From positions 11,904,001 to 11,968,000 of the forward strand of contig JBHGNT010000010.1 in the NCBI GenBank assembly GCA_043228905.1: a stretch of DNA of 64,000 nt, written 5' to 3'. The notes under the pieces are model-generated. The model did not search any database. It saw only the letters and a program-made list of their open reading frames with translations, and was not told the origin of the DNA. The position numbers and the translations under genes are program-made. The DNA comes from Azolla caroliniana (taxonomy: Eukaryota > Plantae > Polypodiophyta). Positions 22,628-32,980 of the stretch are shown here, piece by piece (the stretch's first letter is position 1; each line of letters begins with the position of its first letter).

Positions 22628-22828
22628 CAAATTTTTACGGAACAGCCCACCCAACCGGAGGTCGGAGACCAGGCAGGCAAGGAACAGGAACAGGAGGAAG
22701 AAGCACCACTTGACACCATCGAGCAGAGTGTGCTCGATATTTTGGAGGAAGAATGAGGCCAGGAGTGGATTCGAAGTGCAAGGCACTTTCCCACGAGTGT
22801 GCCATGTGTTGGCCGGTCAGAAGAGCAA

Positions 22829-24960
22829 CCCTTTTTCAGCAACCCGTATAGCAGCTCAGCAACGTGGGCATAATGCGGGATCCATATGTGGTAGAACGCG
22901 CATGCTCCCAAAAACCTCTGTACCTCCATGACCGAGTTACAATCGGGCTTCATTGTGGAGACGGCTTCCACCTTAGCCGGAGACTGTTTCCGGCCATACG
23001 CCCCCACCGATTTTGAGCTCCCGTAGCATTCTGTCGGTGAAGGTGTGTTGCCCCCACCGATTTTGACCCCCTTGATTCGCAACTCACTACCCTCCGGTAA
23101 GGGTGCCGCGACTGGCCTTACCTTCCGATCCACAGTCTTGTACTTCGTGTTAACCCGGGTCGTCCGATCCGACTCAAGCCCCCGACTGAAGTCCGCAATG
23201 ACTTCGTACATCTCTTCTGAACAAACCGGTATCATCCGGTCCTCTTTAAGGCCCTCTCCGACCACCTCTCGCAGTATTTCCAAGGTATCGTTGAAGGAGA
23301 CCGCCTCCACGGATCCGTTGATTTCCTCGTTGGGCCCGAGAACTTCGCACGCCCGAAGTCGCTCTTCCGCCCTTGTCTTTTCTCGGCCAACGACGCCGAC
23401 TATCGTACACCCTCCGTTGTTGGAGAAACAAAACTTCCTACTTACGGTACAAGGTTTCTTCGGTTTCGCTTCTATCGTACATTTGTGGGGTTTTCCCGGA
23501 GTGTCCGGACTATCGCGGTCCCAGGCCTTGACAGCCCTCTCTAAAAATCCTCTCGATTCTCGCCACCGAGGGACTCGCGGTTTCGCTCGTGGTTCAGTCA
23601 CACCGTCAGGAACTGGACCGAATGACGCCCATCCTGACTCTTGACCCTCGCGTAGGCCGACCCGTTGTCCAGCACCTTGGTCTCCATCCGCGCTGTCTTA
23701 ATGTACGGTTCTCCCAGTATGACCGGGTGCGAGGACGTCACCTGCACAAAGAAGTGCTGGTCTATCTCGACGTCGCCGATCTTGACTCGCACGTTTGGCC
23801 AGGCCCCGTGTAGTTCCTCGGTGGCGCGCATCACCGCCCGTATCTTCCACCCGTGCTCGGTGTTGATCAGCCATTTCCCCTTTTTGTAGAAGTCCATGGA
23901 CATCAGGTTTATTTCCGAACCGTGGTCCACTAGCACCACCACTGGTTCCTGAACATCTCCGATCTTCACCGGGGTTTCTGTGGTCCCTCGGGCCCAGTGT
24001 GGCCTCGAATAGTGGCTCTCCGCCCACTCGTCTTCCAGCGCCATGTCCTCTATGTGCGTCGTCCGCACCTCCACCGGCCTTTCCGGTCCTGTCTTCGTCG
24101 ACAGCCTCTTCCTCTTTACCAAGTCTATGATGGAGTCATGTAACTTCTTCTTGGCGATTCCGAGCACCTCCCGCAACGACAATTCCACCTTGCTATCGAG
24201 GATTCGTTCTTGCAGGACCTTTCATAGGTCCGTGGTCCTTTCGATCTCCGTGCCCAACCGGTAACCGCCCTTCTTGTGGTTATCCCGGGCACTGGTCTTG
24301 CCGGCCTCGTTCCATTTCGGCCCGAATCGAGTTTCGTATCTCTGTGAGGGTCCGGCCCCTCCGGTTTTACCTACCCGTTTGTCTTCAACCAGAGCCTCGT
24401 AGTTCTGGCAAGCTGCTTCTACGAAACCCGTCTTTTCTTCGACCGGGTCACCCCACCCGGTTACCTCCTGGACCCGCTTCTCCGCGCGGTCTGCCTCGTC
24501 TTTCCTTAGTCGGGCACCGGCGAGGCCTTCCAGCATCGTCAGCCAGAACCCGGCTTTGCTCTCCTTCCAGGCCTCGCTGCCTCCGACCCGAATACCGGCT
24601 GACGCCGAGTAGTGGACGGTCTCCGCGTGCCGGGCTGCCGCCTCTTCCATCACCCTTTTCATTCCTCCTCGACCATCGTTTCGGTTCAAGGCCCTTCGGG
24701 TATCGCTGGCGTGCACCCGACCTTCCCATAGGTACACTACCCGGCTTCTCAAAGCCTCCGTAAAGTCCCCGCAGTCTTTCCGGATGTGGCCGACCTCATC
24801 GCACCACATGCACCTATTTCCTGCCGGAGGCCGTCAGTCACGAGCCTGATCGCCGCCTTCCCTTCGAGCCTGGGCGATCTCGAGATCCTTTACCGCCCGT
24901 GTCAATTCCTCCAAAAGCTGTTCCCCCGGACGAGCCTCTAACCACGCCGGTCGAAACCGG
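22829..24960 (-). pseudogene. B1 gag C-terminus, protease and RT-deleted pol
   Basis: CDEVGHIRKDC knuckle, VDHGSEINL protease, FLGACAFY; inverted homolog of 24962-27925 with an internal deletion. Confidence 0.88.
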
Positions 24961-24961
24961 T

Positions 24962-27900
24962 TCGGCTTCAACCGGCGTGGTTAGAGGCTCGTCCGGGGGA
25001 ACAGCTCTGGAGGAGTTGACACGAACGGTAAAGGATCTCCAGATCGCCCAGGCTCGAAGGGAAGGCGGCGATCAGGCTCGTGACCGATGGCCTCCGGCAA
25101 GGAGTAGGTGCATGTGGGGCGACGAGGTCGGCCACATCCGGAAAGACTGCGGGGACTTTATGGAGGCTTTGAGAAGCCGGGTAGTGTACCTGTGGGAAGG
25201 TCGGGTGCACGCCAGCGATACCCGGAGGGCCTTGAACCGAAACGACGGGAGAGGAGGAATGAAAAGGCTGATGGAAGAGGTGGCAGCCCAGCATGCGGAG
25301 ACCGTCCACTACTCAGCGTCAGCCGGTATTCGGGTCGGGGGCAGCGGGGCCCGGAAGGAGAGCAAAGACGAATTCTAGCCGATGGTGCTGGAAGGCCTCG
25401 CCGGTGCCCGACTAAGGAAAGACGAGGCGGACTGCGCGGAGAAACGGGTCCAGGAGGTAACCGGGTGGGCTGACCCGGTCGAAGAAAAGACGGGTTTCGT
25501 CGAAGCAGCTTGCCAGAACTACGAGGCTCTGGTTGAAGACAAACGGGTAGGTAAAACCGGAGGGGCCGGACCCTCACAGAGATACGAAACCCGATTCGGG
25601 CCGAAACGGAACGAGTCCGGCGAGTCTAGTGCCCGGGATAACCACCAGAAGGGCGGATACCGGTTGGGCACGGAGATCGAAAGGACCACGGACCTACGAA
25701 AGGTCCTGGAAGAACGAATCCTCAACAACAAGGTGGAACTGTCGTTGCGAGAGGTGCTCGGGATAGCTAAGAAGGAGTTCCACGACTCCATCGTGGACTT
25801 GGTGAAGAGGAAGAGGCTGTCGACGGAGGTAGAACCGGACAGGCCGGTGGAAGTGCGGACGGCGCACATAGAGAACATGGCGCTGGAAGACGAGTGGGCG
25901 GAGAGCCACTATTCGAGGCCACACTGGGCCCGAGCGACCACGGAAACCCCGGTGAAAATCGGAGATGTTCAGGAACCAGTGGTGGCACTGGTGGACCATG
26001 GTTTGGAAATAAACCTGATGTCCATGGACTTCTACAAAAAGGGAAAATGGTCGATCAACACTAAGCACGGGTGGAAGATACGGGCGGCGACGCGCGCCAC
26101 CGAGGAACTACACGGGGCCTGCCCAAACGTGCGAGTCAAGATCGACGACGTCGAAATAGACCAGCACTTCCTTGTGCAGGAAATGTCCTCGCACCCGGTC
26201 ATTCTAGGGGAACCATACATTACGGTGGCGCGAATGGAGACCAAGGTGCTGGACAACGGGTCGGCTTACGCGAGGGTCAAGAGCCAGGACGGGCGTCATT
26301 CGGTCCAGTTCCTGACGGTACAACCCAACCACGAGTGAAACCGCGAGTCCCTCGGTGGCGAGAACCGAGAGGATTTTTAGAGAGGGCTGCCAAGGCATGG
26401 GGCCGTGACAGTCCGGACACTCCGGGAAAACCCCACAAATGTACGATAAAATCGAAACCAAAGAATCCTCGTACCATAAGTAGGAAGTTTCGTTTCTCCG
26501 ACAACGGAGGGTATACGATAGTCGGCGTCGTAGGCCGAGAAAAGATAAGGGCAGAAGAGCGACTTCGGGCGTGCGGAGTTCTCGGGCCCACCGAGGAAAT
26601 CAACGGAGCCGTGGAGGCGGTCTCCTTCGACGACACCTTGGGAATACTGCGAGAGGTGGTCGGAGAGGGCCTTAAAGAGGACCGGACGATACCGGTTTGT
26701 TCAGAAGAGATGTATGAAGTCATCGCGGACTTCAGTCGAGGGCTCGAGTCGGATCGGACAGCCCGGGTTAACACAAAGTACAAGACTGTGGACCGGAAGG
26801 TAAGGCCAGTCACGGCACCCTTACCGGAGGGCAACGAGTTGCGAATCGACGGGGGTCGTGTCGGACCCCAGTTTACGTGATCCGGCCTGCATAGGACACA
26901 CCTTCACCGACAGAACGCCACGGGAGCTCAAAATCGGTGGGGGCGGGTTCCTACTGCCGGCGGAAGAAGACCGGTTTCAGAGAATGCTCGGAAGGCACGG
27001 GAAAGCCTTCGCATTCTCGCTGGAAGAAATCGGGTGCGTAGACCCGACAGTCATGAAGCCGATGGTGATATTCACGGTACCGCATGTACCATGGAATCTC
27101 AAGCCAATTTCGGTACCGAGAGCTCACATCCCGGAGCTGATGGAGCTATTGAGGTAGAAAGTTGATATGGGCATCCTCGAACCGTCGAGTGCCCCGTACT
27201 CGAACCGGTGGTTTACTGTACCGAAGAAGAATAGGACGTTGCACTTCATTCAAGACCTGCAGCCGGTCAACAGAGTGACCATTCGGAACACGGGAATCGG
27301 ACCGACGATAGAAGAGTTCGCGGAGGCCTTCGCCGGAAGGTCGATCTACTCGGTCGGTGATCTGTACTCGGGGTACGATAAGTTCCAACTAGCTATAGAG
27401 AGCACAGACATTACGACGATGCGGACTCCTCTCGGCCTAGTGCGGATGTGCACCCTGCCGCAAGGAGGGACGAACTCGGTGGCCCACATGGTAAATGCGA
27501 TGAACAAGGTGCTGAGGGATTGTATCGCGGACATCACCATGCCATTCTTGGATGACATCCCGATCAAGGGATGTCTGGTGGAGAAAAAGGACGAAACGAT
27601 CGGACCGGACGGATGCCGGAAATTCGTGACGACACACATTGACGACTGCGAGAGGGTGTTGCAGAGGCTGGAGGACGCGAGGCTCACCTTCTCCGGGGAG
27701 AAATCAGCCTTCGGGCAATCGGAGATCATGGTCGTCGGGCATCTATGTGGGGCGTATGGCCGGAAACCGTCTCCGGCCAAGGTAGAAGCCATCTCCGCTA
27801 TGAAGCCCGACTGTAACTCGGTCACGGAGGTACGGAGGTTCTTGGGAGCATGCGCGTTCTACCACATATGGATCCCGCATTACGCCCACGTTGCCGAGCC

Positions 27901-30588
27901 GCTATACGGGTTGCTGAAAAAGGGGCAAAAATTCAAGTGGCGAGTTGAGCATACGGAGTCAGTACGAAAAATGAAGGAGGCTCTTGTTGCAGCTCCGGCG
28001 CTCCGGAAGGCTGTCTACAAGAAAGGCACCCCCATCTACATAACGGTAGATACAAGTCCGACCAGAATCGGTTGGGTCGTCAACCAAGAAGATGAGGACG
28101 GTATTCGGTTCCCAATCCGGTTCGACGCGAAGGTCCTTAGCGAGGATACGCCCAGGTTAAACGCGAACTCTGGGGTATCGTTTCGGCGGTAAAGGCCGAT
28201 AAAGACTATCTGATCGGGACAGAGGTAATTATCGAGACGGACTGCCTGCCGATCCTCGGCATGGTTTCCGGATGCGCAACCCCGGACCTGGCAATGCTCA
28301 GGTGGATAGCGTACATCAAGTCCCTAGATCCGGAAATACGACACATTTCCGGGAAGGACAATGCCATGGCCGACATGCTTTCGAGGGCGAGAATCGACGA
28401 CGAGGGCGACATGGTTGCGGAGGACGAGGAAGTCGGCGTAGACTTCTTCGAGGCGGCTTACGTAACAACCGAGGGGGAAAGCACTCTGGCGCTTAACGAT
28501 TTCAACGAGAGCAAGTACGACGGGGAGTGGCTGTAGATTGGGGGATTCTTAAGGACAATGGTGCCGGACGCATCGTGGACAAGGGACGAGGCCAACCGGA
28601 TCCGGAAGAAAGCGTACCGATTCTTTCTCCGGGACGGATACTTGTGGAAGCACCCGAAGAAGAGGAACGACATCCCGCCCCGAGTAGTGGCAACGAAGGA
28701 GGAACAGGAGGAATTGTTGAAGGCCTACCATGACAGCCCCTGGGCTGGGCACCGTGGGACGTGGGCCACGTTCGAGAAGCTAAGGGGGAAGTACTGGTGG
28801 CCGGGACTATACCGGGACGTGCATCGGTTCGTGACAACTTGTGAGAGCTGTCAGATGCACTCCGTAATCCGACATCGGGACGAGCTTCACCCCACTTAGC
28901 CTCCAGCCATCCACTTCAAATGGATGGTAGATTTGGTGACGATGCCGATGGGCGTAGGGCAGATGCGATATCTGGTGTTGGCCCGGGAGGACCTGACGAA
29001 CCAGGTGGAAGGCCGAGCCCTGCAGAACAAAACGACCGCGGCCGTGTGTCGGTTCCTGATCGAGGACGTGATATGCCGGTACGGGTGCGTCAGAAAGATC
29101 GTGGCTGACCGCGGGGAGTTGGACGCCGAAGAGGCCGAGGAGCTGTTCAACCGGTTAGGGGTCAAGCTCTCGCTCACCACAGCCTACAATCCGGAGGCAA
29201 ACGGGAAGGTAGAGCGCGGGCGCGGTCCAATCGTCAAAGCACTAGTCCGGGCATGCGGAGACCAGGTCGAGAACTGGCCACGGCTGTTACCTTACGCCTT
29301 GTGGGCGGACCGGACAACGCACAGTTCGGTAACCGGGTTCATGCCGTCAGAGCTCAAGTTCGGACAGAAGCCGGTCATGCCGATGGAACGGACGATCTCC
29401 TCTTGGGCGACAGTAGACTGGAGTGATGAAATGAGTCGGGAAGAACTGCTAGCGGCGCGTATACGGCAGCTCGAGCGGAGGCCAGAGGACGTGGAACGAG
29501 CGGCGGAGAGACTTCGGACGGCGAGGATGAAGAACAAAGCCCGGTTCGACCGAACGCACCGGCTCAGACCAAAGAGAATCGAGGAAGGCGACTGGGTGCT
29601 AGTCTACGACAACAGCCTCGACAACCAGCACCGAGCAACACGGAAGTTTGCAAAGCGGTGGTTCGGGCCTTACGTGGTAACGGGCGCCAATGACAACGGG
29701 ACGTATCACCTGGCAGAACTCGACGGTACGAGGATGGCGATACCAGTGGCGGGAAAGCGGATCAAAGCATTCAAGAAGCGCCACGACGGCGAACCGGATC
29801 TAAGAGGCCTGGACAACGACGATGATCAGTCTGAGGCGGAGGACGAACCGATGGACGAGGAACTGGAACCTGGGCCGTTTTTCTCCAACCAAAACCCAAT
29901 TTTGGCGCATACCGGTGGATGCGCGGTTAGGTGGGGGCGGATGTTGTGAAGAAAACCGTCCCCTGGCGCAATCGGTGAATAGCACACAGGAACCAGCCCT
30001 TCACGTGTGCGCGCTCTTAATGTATATAATAGAGAATTAGGTACAGAGAGAGATCTGGGGTAGTTAGATTTGGTAGGTAGGAAGTAAATGAGGGAGACGG
30101 CTCCCCTCTTGACGCTATAAAGGAGAGGGAGACGCAGGGAGAGGGGATCGCGCATTGAGGAGGACGAAGTGTTGTCGGACCGGAACCGAACGCTTCTCCT
30201 CTCTCTGTTCTCTGTTGCTCCTCTCTGCAGGTTTCGGGAGGCTCGCGCTGCTTCGAGGAACGCCCGTGTGCTTCCGGCAGCACCTCCATCCTATCCCCAT
30301 TTCGTGCGCAGACGAACAGGCATCGGCATCTATTCGCCGGCCTGTTCGGTTGTAGCCACTCGCGTGTTCTGCTGTGTACTTGTTATTCGTTAATATACAA
30401 ACACTTGTCTCTCCCTGTCTCTGTGTCCATTCGCGTCTTTGTGTTGACGGGCCACGCCCCTATGTTTCTTTGCTCATACGTGATCGGGCGTCTCTCTCCT
30501 TCTCTTTCCCCTTCTATCACCTGCTCTTCGGTTCAAGACCCCGGTGGTCCCGCCTCGTTTCTCCACGCACGCGCGTAATAACGCGACA
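24962..30588 (+). mobile_element. Ty3/gypsy element B2, 5'-truncated, inserted in the B1 5' LTR in opposite orientation
   Basis: gag end-PR-RT (FLDDIPIKG)-RNase H-INT with stops and frameshifts, PPT, 3' LTR 29942-30588 followed by ACGT and the B1 LTR remnant. Confidence 0.88.
29942..30588 (+). repeat. B2 3' LTR (647 bp)
   Basis: TGTTGTGAAG...CGCGACA; diverged inverted homolog of the B1 LTRs. Confidence 0.88.
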
Positions 30589-31130
30589 ACGTATGAGCAA
30601 AGAAACACAGGGACACGGCCCGTCAACGCAGAAGACACGAATGGACACAGAGACAGAGAGAGACAAATGTTTGTATATTAATGAATGACAAATAAACAAC
30701 AGAGCACGCGAGCGGTTACAACCGAACAGGCTGGCGAACAGATGTCGATGCCTGCTCGTCTGCGCACGAAAGGGGATAGGATGGAGGTGTTGCCGGAAGC
30801 ACACGGGCGTTCCTCGAAGCAGCGCGAGCCTCGCGAAAACCTGCAGAGAAGAGCGATGGAGAACGAACAGAGGAGAAGCGTTCGGTTTCGGTCCGACAGC
30901 ACTTCGTCCTCTCCCCAAATACCCCCCAAGATGTCGCGTCTCCCTCTCTTTTATAGCTTCAAGAAGGGAGCCGTTTCCCTCATTAACTTCCTACCTACCG
31001 AATCTAACTACCTAGGATCTACTGTTGTACCTAATTCTCTATTATATACATTAAAGGGCGCGCACGTGTGAAGAGCCGGTTCACGCGCGCTATGCACCGA
31101 TTGCGCTAAGGGACGGTTTTCTTCACGACA
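30589..31130 (-). repeat. B1 5' LTR remnant
   Basis: Matches 1709-2060 plus 5582-5776 without the A1 insert. Confidence 0.88.
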
Positions 31131-32522
31131 ACGTGCTAACATTGCAACTTCTCGGTTTTCTCCTTTCCACGTGATTTTCACACCATTGCCGAAAATCTTC
31201 ACGACATCCACCCCCACCAAACTGCACGTCCTTCGGTACATGCTCAGAAGAGAGTGTGAGATTTCGGCTGCGGTGATCAATTTGATTCTTCCACATTCTT
31301 GTTGACCTCACTCACGTTTACGGGTTCCTCCCTAACATCTTAATTGTTGAGGTCATCGAGGTCCATCTTGTCTTTTCTTGAAGATCTTTACTCTTTTCTC
31401 CGCAATGGGTATGGCCAGCCTTGATCCGTCTAGCTCTACGAGGTGGTAGGTGGCGTTGTCGTTTGCACTGATCACCACATGCGGTCTGAACCACCTTCTT
31501 GTGAACTTCCTTGTCGTCTTGTGTTGGTTGTCAAGGTTGCTATTATAGAACAATACCCAATCTCCTTCTTCGATCTTCTTGGGATGCAGTCGATGTGTCT
31601 TGTCGAATCGAATCTTGTTCTTCACTCAGGTTGTCTCCATTATCTTTCGCGCATTCTCTAGATCTTCGGGTCTTCTTTTGAGCTGCCTTATCCGAGCCAC
31701 CAATAATTCTTCCCGGCTCATCTCGTTCTCTCATGGTATTTCTACCCATGAGGCGATCGTCCTCTCGATGGGCATTATTGGCATCTGTCCATACATCAGC
31801 ATTGTTGGCATATAGCCTGTCATAGAACTGTGTGTAGTTCTATCGGCCCATAATGCATAGGATAATAGTCGTGGCCAGTTCCCAACTCGACCGTCGCATG
31901 CACGAACGATGGCTTTGACTATCGGCCCATGCCCTCTTTCGATCTTCCCATTTGCTTTCGGATTGTAGGCAGTCGTGAGGGAGAGCTTCATCCCTAGTCG
32001 CTCGAAGATCTCCATTGCTTCTTGCGCATCCAACTCCCCTCGTTCGGCCACTATCTTTCCCACACATCGGTATTGGCAAAAGACCTCTTCGGGCAGAAAT
32101 TTTCAAATAGCTGTTGTTTTATTTGCTAAGGCCCGTCCTTCTACCTAGTTTGTCAGGTCTTTCCTTGCTAGTACCAAGTATTTCATCTATCCCACTCCCA
32201 TTGGCATTGAGACCAGATCCACCATCCATTTTAAGTGTATGGTGAGTGGGTATGTTGGCCGCAACTCATCATGGTGACGTATGTTCGAATGTACTTGGAA
32301 ACTTTCGCATGTGGACACGAAATGTAGTACATCTTTATACATGCTCGGCCACCAGCACTTCTCCTTCAGCTTTTCAAACGTTGCCCACGTTCCTTTGTGG
32401 CATGCGCATGGACTCCTTTGTGGCATGCGCATGGACTCTCGTGGAATTCAGACATCAACATTATTTGGTTCTCTCTCTTCACCATTACTTTTCATGGCAT
32501 CCCTATCCTTCTCTTTGGACGC

Positions 32523-32980
32523 TATCAGAACAAAGCAACAGATTGAACGATTGAAGGAAGGTATAAGAGAATAGAAGAAGAGAGGAGAATGTATTGATAA
32601 GAGAAGAGTGGATTTATTAGAATAGTATGAGTACATGGACGAGTTGGATACAAGGTAGGCTTGGAGCTGAAGACTGGTGTTGATTCGAACTGATTTGATA
32701 TGATCTATTTGTCTCTCTTTATAGGTTTCTATAGAATAGCTTAGAGATTTCTAGAATGTTCTAGAATGTTTTGGACCTAGAATATTCTAGGATGTTCTAG
32801 AAGATTTCTAGAAAGTTCTAAAAAGTTCCAGAAGTTTCTCTGATACAATAATCACTATGAAAAGTAGCCTTTATCATTTCACGTCGTGATAGGTTACCTT
32901 AATGGTTAGGCTTCGAATTTCGTAATACGAAGTCTTGGGTTCAAGTCCAAGTGAATCATAATGTTCACGGATTCATGATA
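32523..32980 (-). mobile_element. Solo LTR (Tcn1-like type) inserted in the D integrase region
   Basis: Decayed termini TATCA...TGATA. Splits the host peptide GFLWRH/PKRR. Flanks GACGC and GATGT fit a decayed 5-bp TSD. Layout resembles 13980-14416. Confidence 0.7.

Larger units (their letters stand above)
7496..22828 (+). mobile_element. Non-chromoviral Ty3/gypsy element C1 with an extra 3' ORF; 3' LTR truncated to 22 bp
   Basis: 5' LTR 7496-7884, PBS at 7891, gag-PR-RT-RH-INT, extra ORF 19671-22627. TGTTGGCCGGTCAGAAGAGCAA recurs at 22807-22828. Confidence 0.9.
1603..31130 (-). mobile_element. Ty3/gypsy element B1 (decayed), containing nested A1, C1 (with Tcn1-like insert) and B2
   Basis: 3' LTR 1603-5776 (split by A1), 5' LTR remnant 30589-31130, 4-bp TSD ACGT at 1599-1602 and 31131-31134, G-rich PPT adjacent to 5777, pol remnants on the minus strand. 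Confidence 0.85.

Noticed and set aside
22745-22764. Purine-rich stretch as the C1 PPT
   Set aside because: It lies more than 40 nt from the LTR boundary and is interrupted by pyrimidines; a PPT should abut the LTR.
1603-30588. A single giant element with inverted terminal repeats (DIRS-like or foldback)
   Set aside because: The real TSD pair is at 1599 and 31131. The ACGT after 30588 is internal to the B1 LTR, the enzyme is a DDE integrase, and the arms are two diverged copies.
32391-32438. Tandem duplication CCTTTGTGGCATGCGCATGGACT
   Set aside because: A local slippage or repair duplication inside a dead integrase, with no sign of function.
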